Made by a program: the position numbers and the translations under genes | Shown: in pieces, positions 6,661 through 16,191 of the stretch | Numbering within the stretch: the stretch's first letter is position 1 | How the letters are laid out: each line of letters opens with the position of its first letter | Notes under the pieces: generated by a model | Database searches by the model: none | What the model saw: only the letters and a program-made list of their open reading frames with translations | Told to the model about the DNA's origin: nothing | From: an uncultured archaeon | Lineage (GTDB): Archaea > Micrarchaeota > Micrarchaeia > Micrarchaeales > CABMGC01 | Length of the DNA stretch: 32,000 nt | Direction: 5' to 3' | Assembly (NCBI GenBank): GCA_963704435.1 | Contig: OY969902.1 | Location: 420,001 to 452,000 of the forward strand

Positions 6661-7281
6661 ATGCAGCTATTGGACTACGCGCGGGCAAAGCGGCTGCTTG
6701 ACAAGTACGGCATCGGCAGCGTGCGCAGCGAGTATGTAGGCACGGCCGGGGAGGCCATGGCGTTCTCGGGAGGGAAGCCCATAGTGCTGAAGCTCATCTC
6801 CAACAAGGCGCTGCACAAGTCGAAGGAGGGCCTGGTGAAGCTGGACCTCGGCAAGGAACGGGAGATATCCTCGGCGTTCGCATACCTCGAGAGGAAGGGA
6901 GCGAGGCTCAAGCCCTACAAGATACTGGCGCAGCGGATGGCCGAGCCCGGAGTCGAAGTGATAATAGGGGGGAACACGGACAAGCAGTTCGGCAAGACCC
7001 TGCTCTTCGGCCTGGGCGGGATCTACGTCGAGACGTTCAGGGACGTCACGCTGAGGCTGTGCCCCATAAACAGGGACGACGCGCTCGGCATGATCGACGA
7101 CCTGAAGTCAGGCAAGATAATAACGGACGGCGGAAAGTCCGCCGGGATGGTCGCTTCGCTGCTGATCAAGGTATCCAAGCTGCTGGTAGAGAACGAGGAT
7201 GTCGTGGAACTCGACCTCAACCCCGTCATAGTGAGGGAGGGGTCGTACGACGTCGTGGACATAAGGATGATGGTGGTCTGA
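6661..7281 (+). CDS. acdB: Acetyl-CoA synthetase (ADP-forming), beta subunit (ATP-grasp)
   Basis: 206 aa. The pattern LLDKYGI...PIVLKLIS...HKSKEGLVKLDL...VIIGGNTDKQFG...LFGLGGIYVETFRDVTLRLCPI...ELDLNPVIV is typical of the ACD beta / ATP-grasp_5 family. Its TGA overlaps the alpha-subunit ATG (tgatg). Confidence 0.8.
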   Translation: MQLLDYARAKRLLDKYGIGSVRSEYVGTAGEAMAFSGGKPIVLKLISNKALHKSKEGLVKLDLGKEREISSAFAYLERKGARLKPYKILAQRMAEPGVEVIIGGNTDKQFGKTLLFGLGGIYVETFRDVTLRLCPINRDDALGMIDDLKSGKIITDGGKSAGMVASLLIKVSKLLVENEDVVELDLNPVIVREGSYDVVDIRMMVV

Positions 7282-8690
7282 TGGCGGCGAAACGCAACCT
7301 GGATCCGATATTCAAGCCGACGAGCATCGCCGTGATTGGGGCGTCGAGAAACCCCGACAAGGTAGGCCACGTCATACTGGATAATTTCGTCAAGTCGGGA
7401 TACGGAGGCGAACTATACCCCGTTAACCCCAACGCGGACGAGATCCTCGGATTGAAGTCGTACAAGAGCGTGCTCGACATAAAGAAGAAGCCGGACATGG
7501 CCGTGATAGCAATTCCTGCTGAGGCGGTGCCTGAGGCGCTGGCCGAGTGCGGGAAGGCGGGCGTAAAGTCAGCGGTGGTGGTCAGCGGCGGTTTCGCAGA
7601 GGTGGGCCGAGTTGACCTTCAGGAAAGCATAACGAACATGGCGAAGAAGTACGGCATCGCATTGGTCGGGCCGAACTGCCTGGGCATAATGGATACGCGA
7701 TCCAGAGTCAACACGCTCTTCCTTCCCTCCTACAAGATAAGCCCCCCTCAGATTGGATACGTCAGCTTCGTATCGCAGAGCGGCGCGGTAGGCAGCACGG
7801 TGATAGACGTCATCGCAAGCGAGAACGTTGGGCTGTCGAAGTTCATATCCTACGGCAATGCGGCCGACGTGGACGAGGTGGACATACTCGAGTACCTGAT
7901 GAACGACGATGAGACGAAGGTCATAGTGATGTACATCGAGGGGATAAGGAGGGGCAGGGAGTTCGTCGAGCTCGCCAGGAAGATTGGAAGGAAAAAGCCC
8001 GTCATCGTGCTGAAGGCGGGCAAGACCGGCGCGGGAGTGAGCGCCGCTCATTCGCACACCGCCGCCCTTGCAGGGGACTACGCCACGCAGGACGCGATAT
8101 TCAGGCAGTTCGGATTCACCGTGGCCGACGACCTTGACGACCTGGTGTACTACGCGAAGATATTCTCCATGGAGCCCGCGCCCAAAGGGAATAGGGTCGC
8201 GATAATAACGAACGGCGGGGGGGCGGGCGTGCTCGCTACGGATGCGATCGCGTCCTCGCAGAAGCTGGCGCTGTGCGGATTCGATGCCGCGACGTCGCGC
8301 AAGCTACGGAGCGCGATGCCAGCTCTGGTGAACGTCGCTAACCCGATGGATCTGGCAGGAGACGCTGACGCGAAAAGGTACGGAGACGCGCTCACTGCAA
8401 TAAGCGGGGACAAGAACGTGGACATGATCTTGGTCATAATCCTCTTCCAGACTCCGGGAGCAGACTCGAAGGTCGCTGCGGAGATCATCCACCAGAAAGA
8501 GTCGATGGAGAAGCCGCTGCTCGTGATCAGCGTCGGCTCGGAGTACACGAGGCTGCACAAGCTTATGCTCGAGAGCGGCGGGGTTCCCGTGTTCGATTCC
8601 CCGGCCGTCGCGGCAAAGTCCCTCGCTGCGCTCTTCAGGTACGCCGAGTTCAGGAACGGGGCACGGGCGCCCACGTCATTTAGGAAATAG
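7281..8690 (+). CDS. acdA: Acetyl-CoA synthetase (ADP-forming), alpha subunit
   Basis: The ATG at 7281 (MAAKRNLDPIFKPTSIAVIGAS...) is the sensible start. The track ORF start at 7059 lies inside acdB. CoA-binding N-terminus and phosphohistidine loop GVSAAHSHTAALAGD are present. Confidence 0.85.
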   Translation: MAAKRNLDPIFKPTSIAVIGASRNPDKVGHVILDNFVKSGYGGELYPVNPNADEILGLKSYKSVLDIKKKPDMAVIAIPAEAVPEALAECGKAGVKSAVVVSGGFAEVGRVDLQESITNMAKKYGIALVGPNCLGIMDTRSRVNTLFLPSYKISPPQIGYVSFVSQSGAVGSTVIDVIASENVGLSKFISYGNAADVDEVDILEYLMNDDETKVIVMYIEGIRRGREFVELARKIGRKKPVIVLKAGKTGAGVSAAHSHTAALAGDYATQDAIFRQFGFTVADDLDDLVYYAKIFSMEPAPKGNRVAIITNGGGAGVLATDAIASSQKLALCGFDAATSRKLRSAMPALVNVANPMDLAGDADAKRYGDALTAISGDKNVDMILVIILFQTPGADSKVAAEIIHQKESMEKPLLVISVGSEYTRLHKLMLESGGVPVFDSPAVAAKSLAALFRYAEFRNGARAPTSFRK

Positions 8691-9884
8691 CGCGTCCAGC
8701 GCCTTCTTCAGAGCCCTGTCCTTGTTCGTCTCCGAGCTCAGCATCTCGAACATCTCGGAAGGCCCGATTCCGAGGTCGTACTTGCTTTCCTTCAGCTTCT
8801 CCACGAATATCCCAAGGCCGTAGTCCTTCACGGACATGTTCTCCAGCGAACCCGCCCTGAGCGCATCGGCGTCCTGTCCGGCGCTCATGCCTCCGGCGAT
8901 TCCAGACCGCGCTATCTCGACGGTAGCCACGCCCCTGTAGCCCTTCGCTATCCCGCCGATGTCGACGTCGATGCTCCTGAATCCCGACTTGAGCTTCCCG
9001 CTGAGCTCCACCCTGAGGACGGGATTTCCTCCCCCGCATTCCGCGACGGCGCCCTCTATCCTCCTCCTCACGTCCTGGGACAGCTCGTCGGGGCTCTTCC
9101 CGTTCGCGTCTACCTTTATCACGAGGAACTTGCGAGAGCTTATCTTCCTGAATTCATAGGAGTTCGTCTTGGTGTCATAGATGTAGAATCCCTTCGGCTC
9201 CTGCTCGGAGTCCTTCAGCTGCGTGAGCACCGTGCTTCCCGGAATCAGGAACGGCTTCCCGTGCACTGTCTTCTCAACTTTGTTATGTATGTGGCCGTCG
9301 ACATACAGGTCGAAGCCATTCGGGAGGTCCTCGAAGCGCGCAAGTCCAGCATCGAAAGGCAGGAGTTCGCGTGTCGACTGGTGGAACATGAACACGTTGA
9401 AGCAGCCCTCTACGGGCTTCGGGTCCAGCTCCCTTATCGCTTCAAGGAAATGCTCCTCTGAGACGCCGCCCATCCCGTAGACTGCAATCCTCTCTTCGCC
9501 TTTCCTTATCACCACGAATCCATCGCTTACGTCGACAAGCATCCCGGCGAGCGCCAGAAGTCCGACGGGATTCTCGGCACCCGCGGACCTTCTCTCGTGC
9601 GTCCCGGGAATCGCAATCACAGGGACGTCGGTGTAAGCGGAATTCGGGGCGCTGACCTGCTCGACCCGCGCCTTCCAGTCCGTTTTCAGGACTCCCCTGA
9701 AGAGGTTGATCGCCTCGGCTAGGACGTCCGGCTTCGGCGCCCTTGCGTCAAAAAGATCGCCCGGAAGCAGCAGTACGTCTGCGGATTCGGAAGCCGCGCG
9801 CAGCGCCTCCTCGGCCTGCCTGTACGCGTCCTCGCGGAACCTGTCGTATCCGAGATGGAAATCGGAAAGTATCGCGAGCTTCAT
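8676..9884 (-). CDS. mre11: Mre11-type DNA repair nuclease (calcineurin-like metallophosphoesterase, SbcD/Mre11 family)
   Basis: 402 aa. Motifs are ILSDFHLG, LLPGDLFD, IPGTHE and YVDGHIHN. The start follows the upstream DHH gene stop directly (tgaatg). Confidence 0.75.
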   Translation of the reverse strand: MKLAILSDFHLGYDRFREDAYRQAEEALRAASESADVLLLPGDLFDARAPKPDVLAEAINLFRGVLKTDWKARVEQVSAPNSAYTDVPVIAIPGTHERRSAGAENPVGLLALAGMLVDVSDGFVVIRKGEERIAVYGMGGVSEEHFLEAIRELDPKPVEGCFNVFMFHQSTRELLPFDAGLARFEDLPNGFDLYVDGHIHNKVEKTVHGKPFLIPGSTVLTQLKDSEQEPKGFYIYDTKTNSYEFRKISSRKFLVIKVDANGKSPDELSQDVRRRIEGAVAECGGGNPVLRVELSGKLKSGFRSIDVDIGGIAKGYRGVATVEIARSGIAGGMSAGQDADALRAGSLENMSVKDYGLGIFVEKLKESKYDLGIGPSEMFEMLSSETNKDRALKKALDALFPK

Positions 9885-10907
9885 TCACGCGCCCCGTCGC
9901 GCCTGCTGCTTTCCGCGGCGCATTATCTCCTTTATCTGTCTTACCACTTCCTCCCCTGCGGCACGCGCGCTTTCCCGCTTCGGCCCGTACGCCCCGGCTG
10001 CGCATGCGTGCCCTCCGCCTGTCCCTCCCACGATCTGGGCGATGCTCTGCATTATCGTGCCCAAGTGCATTCCGAGCTCCTTGTCGAGCGGCGGCCTGAG
10101 CCTCGCGGAGAGCGACGCCTCCCTCTTTCCGGACACCCAGAAAACAGACGCATCCGCTCCGAGGTTCTGGGCGGCGTCAGCGGCGACGTTTGCGTGCTGC
10201 GCTGCGGCGCCGTACATTAAAACATAATCCCCAACCGCCTCCGACTCAGCGGCGCATACATCCCTTACCGTCTCGTACCTGTTTCCGACCGGTATGCTGG
10301 CGTGCAGGTACTCCGAGATGAATGAGAAGTCCGTCTTGGATATCTCTATGAGATCCGCTATCTGCCTGAAGGTCTGCGGAGACGAGTTGTTAAGGTCGGC
10401 GGAATCCGCGATTACGCCATTGAGCAGCGTGAACGCCATGTTCTGCGTGACCTCCGCGCCGATCTCCTTCAGCGCGGCGTAGACTATGCTCGCCGTTGAG
10501 TTGTACGCTTCGCTGTTAAATATTATCGTGTCAGCGGGAAGCCTGTCGCCCTCGTGCGCGATGTGGTGGTCCACGAACAGCACAGTGCCCTGGAACGTCA
10601 TCAGGCTCCCCTTGAAGTTGCCGAGGACATCCAGGTTGTTCGCGTCGAGCACGATGACGAGCTCCTTCCCCTTCGGGAACTGCGCCCCTATGCGCCTGTC
10701 GTAGCCTATGCGCTCCAGCATGCGCTTCGCGTTGCTGGTTATGAAATCTGGTGTCGCCACCGTGGCGTTCGCGAAATATTCCGAAAGGGCGACGGCGGAC
10801 CCCACTCCGTCCCGGTCCCCGATAGAGTGGAAGGTCAGGAGGACCTTATCGGCCTTGCGCTCCTTCAGCAGATCGCACAGCTCTCTGAAGGATATGGCGC
10901 GAGTCAA
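9885..10907 (-). CDS. DHH/DHHA1 family phosphoesterase (NrnA/RecJ-like)
   Basis: 340 aa. Motifs are HSIGDRDGVGSA, VLDAN, FVDHH and C-terminal GGTGGGHACAAG (DHHA1 GGGH). The apparent start is TTG, overlapping the prefoldin stop (ttga). Confidence 0.7.
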   Translation of the reverse strand: MTRAISFRELCDLLKERKADKVLLTFHSIGDRDGVGSAVALSEYFANATVATPDFITSNAKRMLERIGYDRRIGAQFPKGKELVIVLDANNLDVLGNFKGSLMTFQGTVLFVDHHIAHEGDRLPADTIIFNSEAYNSTASIVYAALKEIGAEVTQNMAFTLLNGVIADSADLNNSSPQTFRQIADLIEISKTDFSFISEYLHASIPVGNRYETVRDVCAAESEAVGDYVLMYGAAAQHANVAADAAQNLGADASVFWVSGKREASLSARLRPPLDKELGMHLGTIMQSIAQIVGGTGGGHACAAGAYGPKRESARAAGEEVVRQIKEIMRRGKQQARRGA

Positions 10908-11269
10908 CCCGATCCCTGGACCTGCTTGTAGATCTGCGTGAGCTTGTCCCCTAGCGTCTTCTCCCTGGTCTTGAACTCGTTGTACTGCTTCGTGAGCGAC
11001 GCTATCCTGACCTCGGCGAGCTCCGACCTCTCCTTTATGTCCGATAGCGCTTTCTCCTTGCTAGTCTCCACTATCACGCCGCCGACGGTCACGTACACCC
11101 TGCCGCTGGCCACGGTGACCTCCTCCTTGGCCCTGGCCAGTTCTGCCTTCTGGTTCTGCAGCTGGTTCAGCTGCATCGCCGAGGACCTCAGCTGCTCCTG
11201 GACCATCTGATAGTCCCTGACCGCCTGCTCCGCTTCACGCTCTTCAACACTTGGCTGGTTCTGTGGCAT
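10904..11269 (-). CDS. pfdB: Prefoldin beta subunit
   Basis: 121 aa. Coiled coil, beta hairpins (VYVTVGGVIVETSKEKA), then coiled coil, which is typical prefoldin beta architecture. Confidence 0.75.
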   Translation of the reverse strand: MPQNQPSVEEREAEQAVRDYQMVQEQLRSSAMQLNQLQNQKAELARAKEEVTVASGRVYVTVGGVIVETSKEKALSDIKERSELAEVRIASLTKQYNEFKTREKTLGDKLTQIYKQVQGSG

Positions 11270-11280
11270 TAAAACACCTT

Positions 11281-11505
11281 TTAATCATGAGGCTTCTTCA
11301 GCTCCTCGACGCGCACGTCCTTGGAATCCACGCCCTCGAACAGGCCCTTGAGCAGGTTCTCCACGCCGAACTTCATGAGCCTGGCCTGGTACTTCGAGAG
11401 GAAGACCTTCCTTCCTGCCTCGTCCCTTATTATGACCGCCCCTCCGTCGTCCACGGTCACGTACAGCGTCTGCCTGCTATCGTAGACCTTGTAATACCTA
11501 GGCAT
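11281..11505 (-). CDS. Small hypothetical protein (74 aa)
   Basis: The ORF has host-like codon usage. TATA-like tttaaaag (minus strand, plus coordinates about 11536-11543) lies about 31-38 nt upstream. No family recognised. Confidence 0.4.
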   Translation of the reverse strand: MPRYYKVYDSRQTLYVTVDDGGAVIIRDEAGRKVFLSKYQARLMKFGVENLLKGLFEGVDSKDVRVEELKKPHD

Positions 11506-11687
11506 CTCCCTCTTATCTGCTTTTGCATCCTAGACTTTTAAATCCCGTTGCGGCGGGGCCGTCGCCGCGGGACTTGGCATGCGCAAGCTTTTTATAGATG
11601 TTTCGCCACATTCATCACATAACCAGCGTCATGATTTCGATTCATCATTTACGTGACAGAAAGATCTGATGCTTCTGATGGTTTTTT

Positions 11688-12221
11688 ATGGCAGAAAGTG
11701 AACACGCAGCGCCGCGCACGAAGAAGGAAGAGACTAGCATAGTCAGGATAGCCGGGAGGGACATAAGCGGCAGCTACAGGCTCGCCAACGCGCTCCTCAG
11801 GATAAAGGGGGTGAACCAGAACCTGGCGAAGGTCATAGAGGTGATAGCCGAGAGGAAGTTCGGCATAAGCAGCGAGACCGAGATAGGCACCCTCAGCGAC
11901 GAGAAGCTGGCGGAGATCGACGAGATACTGAAGGACCCTGCGAAATTCGGAGTTCCCGTCTTCATGCTCAACAGGAGGAAGGACCCGAACACGGGGAGGG
12001 ACATGCACGTGGTCGGCACCGACCTGATAGTCCAGACCAAGCAGGACATAGATGACATGGTCAAGAAGCAGACCTGGGTCGGCTTCAGGCACCAGTACGG
12101 CCAGAAGGTCCGCGGGCAGAGGACCAGGTCCACAGGGAGGACGGGCGCCACGGTGGGAGTCACCAAGAAGAGGATACAGGAGGAGCAGAAGAAGGCCGCC
12201 GCGCCGGCTCCAAAGAAGTGA
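11688..12221 (+). CDS. rps13: 30S ribosomal protein uS13
   Basis: IVRIAGRDISG...LLRIKGVN...FRHQYGQKVRGQRTRSTGRTG is a classic archaeal S13 sequence. 177 aa with a Lys/Ala/Pro-rich C-terminal tail. Confidence 0.9.
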   Translation: MAESEHAAPRTKKEETSIVRIAGRDISGSYRLANALLRIKGVNQNLAKVIEVIAERKFGISSETEIGTLSDEKLAEIDEILKDPAKFGVPVFMLNRRKDPNTGRDMHVVGTDLIVQTKQDIDDMVKKQTWVGFRHQYGQKVRGQRTRSTGRTGATVGVTKKRIQEEQKKAAAPAPKK

Positions 12222-12225
12222 TTGA

Positions 12226-12870
12226 ATGGGCGACCCCAAGAAGATAAGGAGAAAGTACGAAACGCCCTCGATCATGTGGGACACCGTAAGGATCCAGAGC
12301 GAGCACAACCTGAAGGAGCTCTACGGGCTCAAGAACCTAAGGGAGCTGTGGATACTCGACAGCGAGCTGAGGAGGATAAGGAAGAATGTCAGGGACGTCC
12401 TCTCCGGCAGGGGCAGCGAAGCCACGGGCAAGGACATAATAGCCAGGCTCAGCAGGTACGGGATAGTCAAGGGAGACGCAAATCTCGACGACCTGCTCAT
12501 ACTCAACGTGGAGGCGTTCCTGGAGAGGAGGCTCCAGACAGTCGTGTTCAGGAAGGGCCTCGCCAAGACGATCAAGCAGGCGAGGCAGCTCGTAGCGCAC
12601 GGGCTCATATCGATAAATGGGAGGAGGATGACTTCGCCTGGCCATCTGGTCCTGGCAATGGAGGAGAACGGGATAGGATACTACAAGCCGATAAACCTCG
12701 AGCAGGCGGCAGCGCCGGTCCCGGTTCCGGTGGCTGCGGAGATCGACAAGACCGAGACGGCGGAGCAGCTGGAAACGGAGATAAAGGAAGCTGAGAGCGA
12801 GGCCGAGAGCAACGAGGAGAAGGCGGAGGCAGAAGCGGAGAAGGGAGCGCCTGAGGCTCCAAAAGAGTAG
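12226..12870 (+). CDS. rps4: 30S ribosomal protein uS4 with long acidic C-terminal extension
   Basis: [15 protein letters not shown]...[36 protein letters not shown] (S4 domain), followed by an acidic Glu/Ala-rich tail of about 50 aa. Confidence 0.9.
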   Translation: MGDPKKIRRKYETPSIMWDTVRIQSEHNLKELYGLKNLRELWILDSELRRIRKNVRDVLSGRGSEATGKDIIARLSRYGIVKGDANLDDLLILNVEAFLERRLQTVVFRKGLAKTIKQARQLVAHGLISINGRRMTSPGHLVLAMEENGIGYYKPINLEQAAAPVPVPVAAEIDKTETAEQLETEIKEAESEAESNEEKAEAEAEKGAPEAPKE

Positions 12871-12877
12871 TGATGTT

Positions 12878-13375
12878 TTGGCAAAGGCAGAGAAAAAGCA
12901 AAAACCAGAGGCGAAGAAGCAGGAGTCGAAGAAGCCAGAGGTATCGTTCGAGCAGCTCGCGGCCGAGGCGACTCTCAAGTTCAAGCCGAAGGGCGTGAGG
13001 TGGGGCGTCGCGCACATCTACTCCTCGAAGAACGACACGATAATAACGCTCACGGACCTGTCGGGCGCGGAGACCATAGCCGTAGGGAGCGGCGGAATGA
13101 TAGTCGATAACAGCAGGGATGAGGGCTCGCCATACGCAGCTATGCAGGCCGCCTACAAGGTCGCCGCAATCGCGATAGAGAGGGGAATCACCAACGTCAA
13201 CATAAAGATCAGGGCCCCGGGAGGCCACGGCCCCAAGACGCCGGGTCCTGGAGCGCAGGCGGTGGTCAGGGCGCTGGCGAGGAGCGGCCTCAAGATAAAG
13301 AGCATAGAGGACGTGACCCCCATACCGACGGACACCACAAGGAGGCCGGGCGGAAGGAGGGGAAGGAGGGTCTAG
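12878..13375 (+). CDS. rps11: 30S ribosomal protein uS11 with Lys/Glu-rich N-terminal extension (apparent TTG start)
   Basis: [27 protein letters not shown]...[18 protein letters not shown]...[21 protein letters not shown]. There is no in-frame ATG upstream of the conserved core. Confidence 0.9.
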   Translation: MAKAEKKQKPEAKKQESKKPEVSFEQLAAEATLKFKPKGVRWGVAHIYSSKNDTIITLTDLSGAETIAVGSGGMIVDNSRDEGSPYAAMQAAYKVAAIAIERGITNVNIKIRAPGGHGPKTPGPGAQAVVRALARSGLKIKSIEDVTPIPTDTTRRPGGRRGRRV

Positions 13376-13387
13376 CGGCGCACGGCG

Positions 13388-14302
13388 CTAGATCAATCCC
13401 GCATAGCCCAGCAGCAGAATAAATATCGCGATAGCCACGGCAGTGTCGAAGTTGTCGTCGATATGCCTGGGCAGGCTCTCCACCAGCGCCGCCGCGAGTG
13501 AGACAGGAATCGCGGCATAGCCGATCAGGGGGAAGGCAAGGGCCAGGGTTATTGCGAAGTACGCCGCGGAGCCGAGCGCGCTTTTCTTCCTGTTATATGG
13601 GAGCGCCGTACTCCCGCATCGCATTCCTATTATCGTAGCGGCAGCATCGCCTATGAAAATGGCGAGGAGCAGAACGATTGCCTCCCTGCTGCCCAGGAAT
13701 ACGATCGCGACGAGCGCACCGAGAGCCAGCCACATCGCGCCCCTTCCGAACACGACGCCCTTCCTCTCAAGTCCGTACAGGAACCTGGAGAACTTGCTTC
13801 TCCGGTTTGAGATTGCGAGGTCGCTGATGAGCAGACCCAGCAGCACTGCGAATATGAGGAAGAGCCTCGCGTCCGCGTAGTCCAGCAGGGCGAAGGGAAT
13901 GATGAGCGCAGCCCCGATGGCGATTTGCACGAAGTCGCGGCGCGTCTCCCTGCGAGAACCCCCGACTACGCCTCCGCCGGAGAACGATCCCGCCATGCTG
14001 AGGAAGCCAAGCAGCATCGCCTGCGCAACCAGCGACGGCGCGCCCGAAAAGGCAAGCGCATAGGCCGCGCATATCGCCAGGAATGCGTAGTTCGCCTTCG
14101 AGCCGACGGTGGATGCCAGAGCATTGAACGAGACAACCCCCAGCAGCACTGTTCCGACGTCAGCGTGCTCGTAGGCTGCGGCCGCGAGGGCCGCGAGCAT
14201 GAAGCACAATAGCAGCGGGGTATCGGTCCACTTCCTCGAGGTCACTGCCCTATAGGTGAGCAGGGCTGCAATCGCGAGGACCAGGAGATAGTCCATTATC
14301 AC
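13388..14302 (-). CDS. Polytopic membrane protein, dolichol/polyprenol kinase-like (CTP-dependent CdsA/DolK superfamily)
   Basis: About 8 hydrophobic segments. The C-terminal signature is IGDAAATIIGMRCG...KKSALGSAAYF...LVESLP..IDDNF. The alternative ATG at 14296 is probably the real start. Confidence 0.5.
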   Translation of the reverse strand: MIMDYLLVLAIAALLTYRAVTSRKWTDTPLLLCFMLAALAAAAYEHADVGTVLLGVVSFNALASTVGSKANYAFLAICAAYALAFSGAPSLVAQAMLLGFLSMAGSFSGGGVVGGSRRETRRDFVQIAIGAALIIPFALLDYADARLFLIFAVLLGLLISDLAISNRRSKFSRFLYGLERKGVVFGRGAMWLALGALVAIVFLGSREAIVLLLAIFIGDAAATIIGMRCGSTALPYNRKKSALGSAAYFAITLALAFPLIGYAAIPVSLAAALVESLPRHIDDNFDTAVAIAIFILLLGYAGLI

Positions 14303-16179
14303 ACTATGTAGATTACCCAGGAGGCAATTATAAATGCAGCAACGACAAGGGCGGGCACCGCGTACTTTACCACGTGCTTGACCTCACGGCTCGTCTCCTC
14401 TATGAGCGCGTCGGCGTTCTTGCCCCAAACGGCGAAATTGCCTATCCTTATGCTCCTGTAGGCGTATTGCGCCGGCTCCATTTCAGAGAGAGCGCGGCTG
14501 AGCATCGAGTCGATAATGGGCAGGACCCTCTCCACATTGGTATACCTTCCGAGCGAATTGCTGGCAGACATGCTCAGCGAGTTTATCGAATGCGTGTCCG
14601 TGGTGCACACCTCGACGGGCATCCCGAACTTCTCCCTCGCGTGCTCGATCACCCTCTTCCTGAAACCGGGGAGCATGTTGTTCGCGTCGAAGCAGATGAT
14701 GCCGAACCTTTCCTTCCCGAAACCGAACACGCAGGCACTGGCATATCCGGCGCCGACGTCCTTGGGGCTGCCGAGGAGCTTGGACATCTTGTTCTGCGCG
14801 GCCCCGAAACTCATCGGGTTCCGCCGCGCGCCTCCGGTCGCGGACCTTATCGCAGCCTCGTAGTCGTACGCGTACTGGCTTCCGGCGCGGACGCCGTCGA
14901 GCTCCCTTGTGCTTGCGGACTCGAACCTGGAGTTGTGTGAGTCGATGACTATGACCTTCCCCCTTCCGCGCTCCGAGGCGACCTCCTTGAACCGCATGCC
15001 GAGGTCCCTGTCCATGTCCTCGGTTACTCTCGGTGCACGGGTCAGGAACAGGAGGTTGGCGTCACCGACCGCCACGTTTATCGCGGTGCAGCTGTGCCGC
15101 CTGCCCACCGTCGCGCTCCCGCGCGCTCTCCTGAAGCGCATCCCGCCAGGCCCGAGCGCCTCTACCAGGCGCTTCTCGATTATGCGCACCTGCGCCGTGC
15201 TTATCGGATTGTCCTCGAGGGTGAGCGGGCTGTGGAGGATGAACGGAGCGGACCCGCCGGCCCTGACGATCGCGTCGCCCAGCACGGAGGGCGCGACGCT
15301 CCCGCCGACTCCCGCGAACGGGCCGAAGTGTATGTCGGGGTTCACGAAGACTGCCTTGTAGCCCCCGCTTCCCTTTATCGCGAGCACGTCCACGCTAAGG
15401 TCCCTCTTTATGCTGGCGTCCTTGCCTATCACGCTGGCGTCGCTCGTCAGGTCGTACAGCCACTGGCTCATCATGGACACCACCAGCTTTATGCCGCTTA
15501 TGTCCATGTTCCTCTTCACGGGCCTGTCGACCACGTACAGCATGGCATAGCCCGCCACCAGGAAGACCAGCATCCCCGATGAGAGCTTTATCAGCGCGGT
15601 GCCGAGCGGAACCTGCAGGCTCAGTATGTAGCCGCCGAGGGGCAGGTACAGGAGCGTGTTGAGGACCGGCTGGGTCGCGGCAATCGCTATGACGCTCTTG
15701 CCCCTCCCTATCACGAACTTGCCTATGAAAAACCAGCAGATGTATACGAATGCGTTCGCGACGAAGAGTATGATGTAGGCCATCGTGACGCTTCCGGTGA
15801 TGCGGAAGACTGACGAGGCTACCAGAAGGATGAGCGCGTACGCTAGCGTTATCGCGGCGGTGACGAGCAGCGCGTGCTGGAGCCGCATCTTCCTCTTTAC
15901 CGCCTTCATGAACGCTGCCGTCAGGAGCGCCGGGAGGCTGATCACCAGGAGCCCCGTGCTCATCCCCGAGACGAGGAGGCCGAGGTAATCCTGCGCGGAG
16001 GCGCTATAGTGCACGATGAAGCTCATCGCGGTGCCGGAGATCGCGCCGATTATCAGCAGCGCCGCGATGGCCGCGAGGCTCTTGGGCGCCCGCATGTTGA
16101 AGTACTTGGTGTACTTGACAAGGTAATAATGCGGGTCCGACTTTGTAACGGTGTGGTGCGGGTCCGGCATGGGAAACAC
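14299..16179 (-). CDS. Large membrane protein: N-terminal multi-TM region, about 330-aa soluble domain, C-terminal TM (possibly DUF2070-like)
   Basis: 626 aa with host-like codon usage. It overlaps the downstream gene by 4 nt. The family assignment is from memory only. Confidence 0.45.
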   Translation of the reverse strand: MFPMPDPHHTVTKSDPHYYLVKYTKYFNMRAPKSLAAIAALLIIGAISGTAMSFIVHYSASAQDYLGLLVSGMSTGLLVISLPALLTAAFMKAVKRKMRLQHALLVTAAITLAYALILLVASSVFRITGSVTMAYIILFVANAFVYICWFFIGKFVIGRGKSVIAIAATQPVLNTLLYLPLGGYILSLQVPLGTALIKLSSGMLVFLVAGYAMLYVVDRPVKRNMDISGIKLVVSMMSQWLYDLTSDASVIGKDASIKRDLSVDVLAIKGSGGYKAVFVNPDIHFGPFAGVGGSVAPSVLGDAIVRAGGSAPFILHSPLTLEDNPISTAQVRIIEKRLVEALGPGGMRFRRARGSATVGRRHSCTAINVAVGDANLLFLTRAPRVTEDMDRDLGMRFKEVASERGRGKVIVIDSHNSRFESASTRELDGVRAGSQYAYDYEAAIRSATGGARRNPMSFGAAQNKMSKLLGSPKDVGAGYASACVFGFGKERFGIICFDANNMLPGFRKRVIEHAREKFGMPVEVCTTDTHSINSLSMSASNSLGRYTNVERVLPIIDSMLSRALSEMEPAQYAYRSIRIGNFAVWGKNADALIEETSREVKHVVKYAVPALVVAAFIIASWVIYIV

Positions 16180-16191
16180 AAAAGTGGCTGG

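Noticed and set aside
7059-7280. Upstream extension of the acdA ORF
   Set aside because: It is an out-of-frame overlap with acdB and has an Arg-rich nonsense composition. The canonical CoA-binding N-terminus starts at the ATG at 7281, which overlaps the acdB stop.
13372-13391. Hairpin ctagcg-N8-cgctag spanning both stop codons of the convergent uS11 and membrane-protein genes, as a bidirectional terminator
   Set aside because: It has only a 6-bp stem. Archaeal termination relies on oligo-T tracts rather than hairpins, and the palindrome is largely explained by the two facing TAG/CTA stops.
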